Assembly (NCBI GenBank): GCA_934546685.1
Contig: CAKTEB010000001.1
Span: forward strand, 22,372-86,371
Length of the DNA: 64,000 nucleotides
Origin: an uncultured Oscillospiraceae bacterium
GTDB lineage: Bacteria; Bacillota; Clostridia; Oscillospirales; Oscillospiraceae
Direction: 5' to 3'
This document shows, one piece after another, positions 18,866-28,025 of the stretch. Each line of letters starts with the position of its first letter. Position 1 is the first letter of the stretch. The notes beneath the pieces were generated by a model. That model did not search any database. It saw only the letters and a list, made by a program, of their open reading frames with translations, and was not told the DNA's origin. Both the position numbers and the translations under genes were made by a program.

Positions 18866-18907
18866 CGCGCCGCCATTTCCCAGCCGGGAGATGGCGGCGC
18901 GTTTTTT
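18866..18907. terminator. Strong bidirectional terminator
   Basis: Stem cgcgccgccat / atggcggcgcg with inner tccc/ggga pairing, followed by TTTTTT. An A-run on the other side serves the convergent lipid kinase gene. Confidence 0.8.
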
Positions 18908-18917
18908 CTTCGCTATG

Positions 18918-19838
18918 TTATGCTTTGACCGCTGCGCCCCAGACGGCCTTCGGCCCAAAGAACCGCAGCCGCCCCGGCTGCACGGTGATGGTGGTATCGC
19001 TGCTGAGGATCAGCTCGCCGTCCAGATTCACCGGCTCCTTCTCCGGGGTCAGGATCCGAACGGAGGTGGTGCGGTAGTGGGAAATGAGCTCCGGATAGTC
19101 GCTGTAATGGCCCTTCTGATAGGCGGCGATGACCCGGGCTACCGTGAGCCGTGAGACCTTTTTCACCAGCAGCACATCCAGGAGGCCGTCGGTGCTGTCC
19201 GCCTCCGGCACCGGATGGAAGGAGCCCCCATACCAGCTGCCGTTGCACACGCAGGCCAGGGTCATGTCCTCGTCCACCGGCTCCGCCCCGGGGATCTCCA
19301 CCCGGCAGGGCTTCACCACGCCCCGAACCAAATTCACCGCCACACTGGCCAGATACGCTCTGGGACCCGAAAGCAGGGGCATATGCCGATACCGGTCGAT
19401 CTGGGTGCCGATCCGGGCATCAAAGCCCACGGAGCACACGTTCACCGCCGTCTTTCCGCCGCAGTCCATAAGATCCAGAGGGATCTCCCGGATATCTGCG
19501 TACTGCGCCATGTCCCCAAATGCCTCCGGATGCGGAAACTGCTTGATAAAGTCGTTGCCGGAGCCCATGGGCAGACAAGTCACCGCCAGGTTTGGATGGG
19601 CCGCCGCACCGGTGACCACCTCGTTAAGGGTGCCGTCGCCGCCGCAGGCATAGATCCGGAGCTCCTGGCCGGAGCGTCCCGCCGCCTCCGCCAGCGCCCG
19701 AAGGTCTCCAGGCCGGCTGGAGGTATGGAGATCGCAGGGCTCGCCGGTGATATGCTCCAGCTGCCGAGCCGCCGCCTCTGCCGCCCGCTCCGGGCTCTCC
19801 TTGCCCGCCGCGGGATTTACCAGGAAGAGATGCTTCAT
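18918..19838 (-). CDS. Diacylglycerol/lipid kinase family protein (YegS/BmrU-like)
   Basis: 306 aa. Begins MKHLFLVNPAAGK, with the GGDGT motif (IYACGGDGTLNEVV). Confidence 0.85.
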   Translation of the reverse strand: MKHLFLVNPAAGKESPERAAEAAARQLEHITGEPCDLHTSSRPGDLRALAEAAGRSGQELRIYACGGDGTLNEVVTGAAAHPNLAVTCLPMGSGNDFIKQFPHPEAFGDMAQYADIREIPLDLMDCGGKTAVNVCSVGFDARIGTQIDRYRHMPLLSGPRAYLASVAVNLVRGVVKPCRVEIPGAEPVDEDMTLACVCNGSWYGGSFHPVPEADSTDGLLDVLLVKKVSRLTVARVIAAYQKGHYSDYPELISHYRTTSVRILTPEKEPVNLDGELILSSDTTITVQPGRLRFFGPKAVWGAAVKA

Positions 19839-21217
19839 ACTGTTTCCTCTTTCTCTTGTTCTTTCCGCCCCAGGGGCCGGTATACCGTGAAATACATGGT
19901 GCCAAAGCAGGCCAAGCCTCCCGCCACATTGGAGATGGCCTCCGCCCAGAATACGCCGTTTACCCCGAAACAGGGCAGCTTCGGCAAGAGAATGGTCAGG
20001 GGCACCACAATAATGACCTTGCGGAAAATGGAGAAGAACACCGCCTGCTTGCTCTTTCCCAGAGATACAAAGGTGCTCTGCCCCGCAAATTGCAGGGACA
20101 TCATAAAGAACGTGATAAAATAGATCCCCAGGGCCGGGACAGCCGCGTCCACCAGCTCCGGCTCATTGTTGAAGATCCGGATCATGGGGCCGGGGATCAG
20201 TCGGATCAGTCCCCACACCAGGAAGGAGTAGACCAGAGCGCATACCGTAATGAACCGGATGCCCTGGCGCACCCGCTGGAGCTTTTGGGCCCCGTAGTTA
20301 AAGCCCAATACCGGCTCCGCCGCCCCGGTGATGCCCTGAACCGGCATGGAGACCACCTCCCGGATGGAGCTGAGCACCGTCATCACACCCACATACAGGT
20401 CTCCGCCGAAGCTGCTGAGTACGGAATTGCACACCACCTGCACAGCGGAGTTGGTAAAGGCCATGACGAACCCGGAAAAGCCCAGGCCTAGGATCCGCCC
20501 GGTGCGCTTCCGATCTAAGCGCAGATTCCGCCGCCGAAGCCGCAGCTCTGCTCTGCGCCCAGTCAAGAACTGGAGCACCCACAGAGCCGACACCGCCTGG
20601 GAGATCACTGTGGCCAGCGCCGCGCCCCGGACGCCCCAGCCCAGAAGAAAGATAAACACCGGATCCAGAACGATATTCAGCACCGCCCCCACCAGGGTAG
20701 TGACCATGCCGGTACGGGCAAAGCCCTGGGCATTGATGAAGTTGTTCATCCCCATGGAAATCAGCACGAACAGGTTGCCCGCCAAATAGATCCGGCCATA
20801 GTCCATGGCATAGCCAATGGTGTCGCCGCTGGCCCCAAAGGCCATGAGAATAGGACGGAGGAATACCTCCCCAATAAGGGTCAGCACCACCGCGAAGATC
20901 AAAAGCAGTGCAAAGGAGCTGCCCATGATCCGCTCGGCCTCCTCATAGTCCCCCTTGCCCCGCTCGATGGAGCACAGGGGGCCGCCGCCCATGCCGGACA
21001 GCCGCGCAAAGGCCATGACGATGGAAATCACCGGCAGGCACAGCCCCAGGCCCGTCAGGGCCAACGCGCCTGCCCCGGGGATGTGGCCGATGTACATGCG
21101 ATCCACAATATTATAAAGGATGTTGATGAGCTGGGCCAGGGTGATAGGAATGGACATTTTGACGATGTTTTTCCACACGCTGCCCTGGCTGAAATCATGG
21201 TCCGTCGCCGCAGCCAT
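19835..21217 (-). CDS. MATE family efflux transporter
   Basis: 460 aa, 12-TM-like. The N-terminus IPITLAQLINILYNIVDRMYIG is MATE-like. There is a 4-nt overlap with the downstream lipid kinase gene. Confidence 0.85.
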   Translation of the reverse strand: MAAATDHDFSQGSVWKNIVKMSIPITLAQLINILYNIVDRMYIGHIPGAGALALTGLGLCLPVISIVMAFARLSGMGGGPLCSIERGKGDYEEAERIMGSSFALLLIFAVVLTLIGEVFLRPILMAFGASGDTIGYAMDYGRIYLAGNLFVLISMGMNNFINAQGFARTGMVTTLVGAVLNIVLDPVFIFLLGWGVRGAALATVISQAVSALWVLQFLTGRRAELRLRRRNLRLDRKRTGRILGLGFSGFVMAFTNSAVQVVCNSVLSSFGGDLYVGVMTVLSSIREVVSMPVQGITGAAEPVLGFNYGAQKLQRVRQGIRFITVCALVYSFLVWGLIRLIPGPMIRIFNNEPELVDAAVPALGIYFITFFMMSLQFAGQSTFVSLGKSKQAVFFSIFRKVIIVVPLTILLPKLPCFGVNGVFWAEAISNVAGGLACFGTMYFTVYRPLGRKEQEKEETV

Positions 21218-21237
21218 GTTCTTCGCCTCTTTGCCTG

Positions 21238-22512
21238 TTATTTTTCCCGGTAAAACGCCCCGGGTGTGGCGTCCTCAAATTTTCGGAAGGCCCGGTTCAT
21301 GGTCAGCGCGCTGCTGTAGCCCACCCGGGGCAAGGTATCCTTCACCGTGACCCCCTGGCCCAGCAGCTGCTTGGCCTTTTCGATGCGCCTTTGATGGATG
21401 TACTCCAGGGGCCGGATGTTCCGATACTTTTTCAGCATGCGGCTGAGATACACCGGGTTGATGCCCACCGCGTCTGCCACTCCCGCCACATTGAGGTTCT
21501 GGTCGGAGAAATGGCTGTCCATATACTCTACCGCTCGCTGTACCCAGGCGGGCTCCTGCTCCTGGGCCTGCTGGCGGCGGATGATCTCGTCGAAGATGTC
21601 ATCCAGCTCCCGGGATATCTCCGCCAGAGATGTGGCGTGGACGATCCTGGGCCCCGCCTGGAGTTCTACCAGGAACTCCGGGGAGAAGTACTCCTCCAGG
21701 CTGTCAAACACATGGAGGATGTCGTTGATGAGCCCATAGGCTCGGATCATAAACACCTGTACCGTTGGCTTTGCGTGGCCGAATTCCGCCCCCAGCATCC
21801 GATGCACCAAAGCCCGGGCGGCCTCATAGTCCCCCTGGCGGATATAGTTATCCAGGGCGTGCTCAAATTCGAAATGCTCCACCCGCTGCTTTTCCATGCT
21901 GACCTCGGTCTTCTGGTCATACTGAATCACCCGGGTATCGTCCTCGGCCATGGCCCGGTACTGCACCAGGCTCTCGGCCTCGTCATAGGCCCGGAAGATC
22001 TCCTGATAGCCCCTGTGGATGCGGCTGACGGAGAACAGCACCTCGGTATCATAGTGGTTTTCAAAGAGATCCGCAGCCTTCTGAACGGCCGTAAGGACTG
22101 ACGCCATGCCGGTCTCCGACTCCTCCCGCAGACATACCAGCGCCGTCAGCTGCCCCTGGACCGTAACCACATGGCAGAGGTTTTTCTCCCCGATCAGCTC
22201 CTCCAGCACATTCCGCACCAGAAAGCGCACATGCCGGAGCCCCTCCTGGCTGGGAGATGCCTCGGGTCCCAGCAGCGCCGTGATATCCGGCTCCACCTGA
22301 ATGCGCACCACAGCGAAATACTCCGAGGGGAAGTGCAGGCCGTTGAGCTGGAGCTCCCGTTGGTATTCCTCCTGATTCATCTGATGTCTGCCCATGAGCT
22401 CCACCAGAAAGCTTTCGCGGCCAAAGTTCTCCGCCGTGGTCCTATAGTGCTCCAGCTGCTGCCGAAGCCGGCTGTTTTCCTGCCGCAGCGCCTGAGCCTC
22501 CAGATCCGTCAT
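21238..22512 (-). CDS. AraC family transcriptional regulator with N-terminal coiled-coil-like segment and uncharacterised central domain
   Basis: 424 aa. C-terminal double HTH (NVAGVADAVGINPVYLSRMLKK ... VGYSSALTMNRAFRKFEDATPGAFY). RBS AAGGGGGG. Confidence 0.85.
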   Translation of the reverse strand: MTDLEAQALRQENSRLRQQLEHYRTTAENFGRESFLVELMGRHQMNQEEYQRELQLNGLHFPSEYFAVVRIQVEPDITALLGPEASPSQEGLRHVRFLVRNVLEELIGEKNLCHVVTVQGQLTALVCLREESETGMASVLTAVQKAADLFENHYDTEVLFSVSRIHRGYQEIFRAYDEAESLVQYRAMAEDDTRVIQYDQKTEVSMEKQRVEHFEFEHALDNYIRQGDYEAARALVHRMLGAEFGHAKPTVQVFMIRAYGLINDILHVFDSLEEYFSPEFLVELQAGPRIVHATSLAEISRELDDIFDEIIRRQQAQEQEPAWVQRAVEYMDSHFSDQNLNVAGVADAVGINPVYLSRMLKKYRNIRPLEYIHQRRIEKAKQLLGQGVTVKDTLPRVGYSSALTMNRAFRKFEDATPGAFYREK

Positions 22513-22667
22513 TGACTCACCCCCCTTTTCCTTATGATACTAGAATTAGTATGGAATTTCAACGTTGTTTTGCCCTTTGCCCAGTTATCTCCATTTCCGC
22601 TGCAAGAATTGTGTGAAAAACCACAAAATTTTTTGTAAAAAAACGAGGAAATTATCCATGAACGCTA

Positions 22668-22696
22668 TTGCCCAAGGCCGGGATTTCCTGTACAAT
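22668..22696 (+). promoter_or_regulatory. Candidate promoter for the BMP nucleoside-transporter operon
   Basis: TTGCCC (22668-22673), 17-nt spacer, TACAAT (22691-22696). This leaves a ~110-nt 5' UTR. Confidence 0.35.
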
Positions 22697-22814
22697 AACT
22701 TTGTTAGCTGCTTAAACACCATTGGAATGAAACGTGTTCTGTGTGGGGAAGTGGCTATTGTTCGTTCTGCCGGGAAACCGGCCAACACATTTATCATGTT
22801 TGGAGGAATAAAAC

Positions 22815-24089
22815 ATGCAGAAGAGAATCTTTGCACTGGTTCTGGCTGCCGCTATGATGCTGGGCCTGTGCGCCTGCGGTCAGTCCGTGGGCGGCTCCAC
22901 TCAGGACAATGCCGCCACCGCCGCGCCCGCTGCCGAGGGCTCTGCCAACGACACCCAGGCTGCCGCTGGTTCCACCGCTGAGACCGGCACCACCGCCTCC
23001 GGCGACGTGCTGAAGGTGGGCTTTGTGTACATCGGCGACGAGACCGAGGCTTACACCGCCAACTTCATCGCCGCTGAGAACGCCATCGCCGAGAAGTACG
23101 GCGACAAGGTCGAGTGCATCGCCAAGTACAACGTCGCTGAGGATGCTGTCGAGGATCCCGTCCGTGAGCTCTGCGACGCTGGCTGCGGCATCATCTTCAC
23201 CACCTCCTTTGGCTTTGGCGCCACTGTAAAGGAGCTGGCTCAGGAGTACACCGACGTACAGTTCTGCCAGGCTACCTGCTCTGACGCTGCACAGGACCCC
23301 GTTCTTTCCAATTATCATAACTACATGGGCGAGATCTACCAGGGCCGCTATGTGGCTGGCATTGCCGCCGGCATGAAGCTCCAGGAGATGATCGATGCCG
23401 GTACCATCACCGCTGACCAGGCCAAGATCGGCTACGTTGCCGCTTTTGACTACGCCGAGGTTATCTCCGGCTACACCGCTTTCCTGATGGGCGTTCGTTC
23501 CATCGTTCCTGAGGCTACCATGGAGGTCCAGTACGCTGGCACCTGGGGCGACTTCGACACCGAGAAGACCATGGCCACCGCGCTCATCGAGGACGGCTGC
23601 GTCATCATTTCCCAGCACTCCGACACCGAGGGCCCCGCAAAGGCCTGCGAGGACGCACATGCCAAGGGCACCGAGGTCTACTGCGTTTCCTACAACCAGG
23701 ATATGACCGATGTGGCTCCCAACACCTGCCTGATCTCCTCCCGTCAGGACTATGCTCCCTACGAGCTGGCCGCTGTCCAGGCTGTGATGGACGGCACCGA
23801 GATCCCCGTGGATCAGCACGCTGGCTTTAACGATGGCTGGGTCGCCATGACTCCCCTGAACACTGCCATCGCCGCTGAGGGCACCCAGGAGAAGCTGGAC
23901 GAGGCTGAGAAGGCCTTTGCCGACGGCACTCTGAAGGCCACCGACGTCTTCAAGGGCCCCTACACCGCCACCGACCCCTATTCCAACGAGACCATTGATC
24001 TCACCGACGGCTTTGATGAGAATGCGACTCAGTCCGCTCCCGCTTTCAGCTACGTCATCAACGATATCATCACCATCAAGGGCAACTAA
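22815..24089 (+). CDS. BMP family (PnrA/Med-like) ABC transporter substrate-binding lipoprotein, probable nucleoside binding
   Basis: Lipobox LGLCACG. 424 aa. First gene of an SBP / double-NBD ATPase / two-permease operon. RBS GGAGGAA. Confidence 0.88.
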   Translation: MQKRIFALVLAAAMMLGLCACGQSVGGSTQDNAATAAPAAEGSANDTQAAAGSTAETGTTASGDVLKVGFVYIGDETEAYTANFIAAENAIAEKYGDKVECIAKYNVAEDAVEDPVRELCDAGCGIIFTTSFGFGATVKELAQEYTDVQFCQATCSDAAQDPVLSNYHNYMGEIYQGRYVAGIAAGMKLQEMIDAGTITADQAKIGYVAAFDYAEVISGYTAFLMGVRSIVPEATMEVQYAGTWGDFDTEKTMATALIEDGCVIISQHSDTEGPAKACEDAHAKGTEVYCVSYNQDMTDVAPNTCLISSRQDYAPYELAAVQAVMDGTEIPVDQHAGFNDGWVAMTPLNTAIAAEGTQEKLDEAEKAFADGTLKATDVFKGPYTATDPYSNETIDLTDGFDENATQSAPAFSYVINDIITIKGN

Positions 24090-24101
24090 CATTCTGCATG
24101 T

Positions 24102-24155
24102 ACAGGCGGAGCCGGAGCATTCCGGCCCCGCCTGTGGCGTGCCGTTTTTTGTTTT
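24102..24155 (+). terminator. Intercistronic hairpin plus T-tract after the SBP gene (putative partial terminator)
   Basis: Outer stem acaggcgg / ccgcctgt and inner stem ccgga / tccgg, then ggcgtgccgTTTTTTgTTTT. Confidence 0.4.
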
Positions 24156-24258
24156 ATGGCGTGCAGTGAACAGGGTATCTCCCGGAGGTCTCCTGTTCAC
24201 CGCACACGATATTCACTCTTTACACTTCGCGCAGGGAGCACCTGTGCCCAATGAAAGG

Positions 24259-25797
24259 ATGAGGCATTTGGAAAAGGAAGTCGCCATTCGTCTGGAGCAC
24301 ATCACCAAGACCTTTGGCTCTGTGGTGGCCAACCAGGACGTGAGCCTGGAGGTATGTCGCGGTGAAATCCTGTCGCTGCTGGGTGAAAACGGCAGCGGCA
24401 AGACCACGCTGATGAACATGATCTCCGGCATCTATTTCCCCGATCAGGGCGAGATCTATGTGGGCGGAAAGCCTGTGACCATCCGCTCCCCCAAGGACTC
24501 CATCGCCCTGGGCATCGGAATGATCCATCAGCACTTCAAGCTGGTGGACGTGCTCACCGCTGGCGAGAACATCGTTCTGGGCCTCCGGGAGTCCGGCAAG
24601 TTCGACAAGAGGGCCATCAACGCCCGGGTTCGGGAGATCAGCGAGAAGTATGGCTTCGACATCGATCCCGACAAAAAGATCTACGACATGTCCGTCTCCG
24701 AAAAGCAGACCGTAGAGATCATCAAGGTGCTCTACCGGGGCGCGGACATCCTCATTCTCGACGAGCCCACCGCCGTACTGACCCCCCAGGAGACCGAGAA
24801 GCTCTTCGACGTGCTTCGGGCCATGCGCTCTGACGGCAAGGCCATTATCATCATCACCCATAAGCTCCAGGAGGTGCTGGAGCTGTCTGATAAGGTAGCG
24901 GTGCTCCGGAAGGGCCAGTATATCGGCACTGTGGAGACCAAGGACGCCACCGCCCAGTCCCTGACGGACATGATGGTGGGTCAGGCCACCACCCTGAACA
25001 TCGACCGGCCGGAGCCGGTGAACCCCCAGAAGCGGCTGACGGTCAAGGATCTCACCGTTATGGACGAGAACCACCTCCCCAAGCTGGATCACGTGAGCTT
25101 CGAGGCTTACAGTGGCGAAATCCTGGGCATCGCCGGCATCTCCGGCTGCGGCCAGAAGGAGCTGCTGGAGGCCATTGCGGGTCTTCAGAAAATGGAGAAG
25201 GGCTCCATCCTCTACTATGACGAGACCGGCCCCCAAGAGCTGGTGGGCAAATCCGCCATGGCCATCCGCAATCTGGGCGTGCGTCTGTCCTTCGTACCGG
25301 AGGATCGGCTGGGCATGGGCCTGGTGGGCAATATGGACATGGCCGGAAACATGATGCTCCGCTCCTTCCGGCGCGGCAAGTTCGGCTTCGCGGATCGGAA
25401 GAGCCCGGAGGCTCTGGCCCAGAAGGTCATGGACGAGCTGGAGGTGGTGACCCCCAGCATCCAGACGCCCGTGCGCCGGATGTCCGGCGGCAACGTGCAG
25501 AAGGTGCTGGTGGGCCGTGAGATCGCCTCCAACCCCAAGCTGCTGATGACCGCCTACGCAGTCCGGGGCCTGGATATCAATACATCCTACACCATCTATC
25601 GGCTGCTCAACGAGCAGAAGGCAAAGGGCGTCGCCGTGATCTATGTAGGCGAGGATCTGGACGTGCTGCTGGAGCTCTGTGACCGGATCCTGGTGCTCTG
25701 TGGCGGCAAGGTCAGCGGCATTCTCGATGGCCGCACCGCCACCAAGGATCAGGTCGGCATGATGATGACCAAGCTGGGAGGGGAGGCAGAAGCATGA
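24259..25797 (+). CDS. ABC transporter ATP-binding protein with two fused NBDs (sugar/nucleoside importer type)
   Basis: Walker A GENGSGKTT in the first half and GISGCGQKE in the second. Motifs LSGGNVQKV and ILILDEPT. The start is uncertain: ATG 24259 or TTG 24268. Confidence 0.88.
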   Translation: MRHLEKEVAIRLEHITKTFGSVVANQDVSLEVCRGEILSLLGENGSGKTTLMNMISGIYFPDQGEIYVGGKPVTIRSPKDSIALGIGMIHQHFKLVDVLTAGENIVLGLRESGKFDKRAINARVREISEKYGFDIDPDKKIYDMSVSEKQTVEIIKVLYRGADILILDEPTAVLTPQETEKLFDVLRAMRSDGKAIIIITHKLQEVLELSDKVAVLRKGQYIGTVETKDATAQSLTDMMVGQATTLNIDRPEPVNPQKRLTVKDLTVMDENHLPKLDHVSFEAYSGEILGIAGISGCGQKELLEAIAGLQKMEKGSILYYDETGPQELVGKSAMAIRNLGVRLSFVPEDRLGMGLVGNMDMAGNMMLRSFRRGKFGFADRKSPEALAQKVMDELEVVTPSIQTPVRRMSGGNVQKVLVGREIASNPKLLMTAYAVRGLDINTSYTIYRLLNEQKAKGVAVIYVGEDLDVLLELCDRILVLCGGKVSGILDGRTATKDQVGMMMTKLGGEAEA

Positions 25798-26915
25798 ATA
25801 AAAAGGAACCTCTGATCCGTCTGGCCAAGCGGGACGATATCGGCCCCGTGAAGGCCTGGACCATCCGTATTCTTTCTATCCTGGTGGCGCTGATCCTGTT
25901 CGGCGTGCTGATCCTGGCGGTGGGCTTCAGCCCGGTATCCGTCTACGCGGCCATGTTTAACGGCGCATTGGGCAGCAGCCTCAACATCCAGCAGACCATC
26001 AAGATCATGATCCCCCTGCTGGGCGCGGCCCTGGCCATCGCTCCGGCCTTCAAGATGAAGTTCTGGAACATCGGCGTAGAGGGCCAGATCACCGTGGGCG
26101 GCATTTTCGCCACCTTCTTCGCCCTGAACTTCCAGAACTCCTGGCCCTCCTGGCTGCTGCTTCTGGTAATGTTTCTGGCCGCGGCCATCGGCGGCGGTCT
26201 CTGGGGTCTGCTTCCCGCGGCCTTCCGGGCCAAGTGGGGCACCAATGAGACCCTGTTTACTCTGATGCTCAACTATATCGCCATCGGCATCGTCAAATAC
26301 CTCCAGGGCGGCCCCTGGGAGAAAATCCCCAAGGGCACCCAGATGATCGAGCGCTTCGGCTCTGCCGCCCGACTCCCCAATGTCTGGGGCGTCACCTCCG
26401 GCGGTATCATCGTGCTCGCTCTGGTGGTCTTTATGTACTGCTATCTGCGCTTCACTAAGCATGGCTATCAGATTGCCGTGGTAGGCGAGAGCGAGGCCAC
26501 CGCCCACTATGCGGGCATCGAGGTGGGCAAGGTCATCATGCGCACCATGTTCGTCTCCGGCGCCATTGCCGGTATCGTGGGCTTTATCGTGGTGTCCGGC
26601 ATCAACTACACCCTGTCGGATTCCGTGGCTGGCGGCGTGGGCTTCACGGGTATCACCGTGGCCTGGCTGGCCGCCCTGAACCCCATTGGCATGGTGTTCA
26701 TCTCCCTGCTGCTGGCAGTGCTCACCAAGGGCGCTTCCACCATCAACACCCTGACCCATAACGCCCTGCCGGAATCCATGAGCGATATGCTCACAGGTCT
26801 GATCCTGTTCTGCATGCTCTCCAGCGAGTTCTTCATCCGCTACCGGATGATCTTCCGGAAGAAAAACCACAATACCCCCGCCGGGTCTGACGCCGGAAAG
26901 GAGGCTGAAGCATGA
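25794..26915 (+). CDS. ABC transporter permease (BMP-type importer)
   Basis: 373 aa, polytopic. ATGA overlap with the ATPase stop. RBS GGGAGGGGAGG. Confidence 0.85.
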   Translation: MNKKEPLIRLAKRDDIGPVKAWTIRILSILVALILFGVLILAVGFSPVSVYAAMFNGALGSSLNIQQTIKIMIPLLGAALAIAPAFKMKFWNIGVEGQITVGGIFATFFALNFQNSWPSWLLLLVMFLAAAIGGGLWGLLPAAFRAKWGTNETLFTLMLNYIAIGIVKYLQGGPWEKIPKGTQMIERFGSAARLPNVWGVTSGGIIVLALVVFMYCYLRFTKHGYQIAVVGESEATAHYAGIEVGKVIMRTMFVSGAIAGIVGFIVVSGINYTLSDSVAGGVGFTGITVAWLAALNPIGMVFISLLLAVLTKGASTINTLTHNALPESMSDMLTGLILFCMLSSEFFIRYRMIFRKKNHNTPAGSDAGKEAEA

Positions 26916-27895
26916 ATTTCATCATCAACTTCTTTGTGGCCGCCGTCCTCATGGGCACCACGCTGATGTACGGCACCCTGGGTGAGATCCTCACCGAGAA
27001 ATCCGGCAACATGAACCTGGGCGTGGAGGGCCTTGTCTATATGGGCGGCTCCTCGGGCCTCATTGCAGCGTTCCTCTATGAGCGGGCCGCGGGCGGCGCC
27101 GCCGTTCCCATGATTGCGGTGCTCCTGGCCTTCGGCGCGGCCTTTATCGCCGCAGCTCTGGGCAGCCTGCTCTATGCCTTTCTGACCATCACGCTCCGCA
27201 CCAACCAGAACGTCACCGGCCTGGCCTTGACCATCTTCGGCGTGGGCTACGGCGAGTTCTTCGGCGAGTATTTCCGTCAGATCGGAGGCGGCCGCCTCCA
27301 GATCTCCGAGGCCGCCGGACACATCTTCTCCCAGCCCCTGCTGCCCAGCTTCCTGCGAAATATCCCGGTGGTGGGAAAGATGCTGTTCTCCTACAACTTT
27401 ATGATCTATCTGGTGCTGGTCATCGCCGTTGTGATGAACTGGTACTTCTCCCGGACCCGCAGCGGTCTGTGCCTCCGGGCAGTGGGTGAGGATCCCGCCA
27501 CGGCAGACGCCGCCGGTATCAACGTCACTCGGTATAAGTATCTGGCCACCTGCCTGGGCGGCGGCATCTGCGGTCTGGGCGGCCTGTACTTCACCATGGT
27601 CTCCGCCGGCGGCAACTGGTCCACCGGCGCCATGGATGGCAAGGGCTGGCTGGCAGTGGCTCTGGTCATCTTCGCCCTGTGGAAGCCCCTCCGGGCCGTC
27701 TGGGGCTCTGTGCTGTTTGGCGCGCTGATGATCATGTATATGCGCGTCACCCAGCTGGGCATCCCCACAGAGATCTATAAGATCCTGCCCTATGTGGTAA
27801 CCGTCATCGTGCTGATCTCCATCTCCATTCGTCAGAAGCGGGAGAGCCAGCCCCCGGCCAGCCTGGGCAATGCCTATTTCCGCGAGGATCGATAA
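26912..27895 (+). CDS. ABC transporter permease (BMP-type importer)
   Basis: 327 aa, polytopic. ATGA overlap with the upstream permease. RBS AAAGGAGG. Confidence 0.85.
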   Translation: MNFIINFFVAAVLMGTTLMYGTLGEILTEKSGNMNLGVEGLVYMGGSSGLIAAFLYERAAGGAAVPMIAVLLAFGAAFIAAALGSLLYAFLTITLRTNQNVTGLALTIFGVGYGEFFGEYFRQIGGGRLQISEAAGHIFSQPLLPSFLRNIPVVGKMLFSYNFMIYLVLVIAVVMNWYFSRTRSGLCLRAVGEDPATADAAGINVTRYKYLATCLGGGICGLGGLYFTMVSAGGNWSTGAMDGKGWLAVALVIFALWKPLRAVWGSVLFGALMIMYMRVTQLGIPTEIYKILPYVVTVIVLISISIRQKRESQPPASLGNAYFREDR

Positions 27896-28025
27896 TTGCA
27901 CAAGTGCTTTGGGCGTGCCGCAAGTGACTGCGGCACGCCCTTCTCTTAGAATTCACAGTTTTCCCCTTGTGGCAACGATTCTCTCATGGTATACTGGAGG
28001 AAATCAACGATTGGAGGAGCCTTCC

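Noticed and set aside
22697-22814. Possible purine/nucleoside riboswitch in the leader of the BMP transporter operon
   Set aside because: I could not find the conserved purine-riboswitch core (the U-rich junction and loop-loop motifs) or any other riboswitch consensus I know. Only generic hairpins are present. I kept this as a low-interest note, not a feature.
22794-24200. 468-aa minus-strand ORF opposite the BMP binding-protein gene. Similar long antisense ORFs occur at 291-2147, 14415-15788, 31408-33729, 41996-43201, 43205-44233, 56596-57888 and 58280-60307.
   Set aside because: All mirror strongly motif-supported genes on the other strand. They have G/A/L/H/D-rich low-complexity products and no start signals, so I treat them as GC-driven artefacts.
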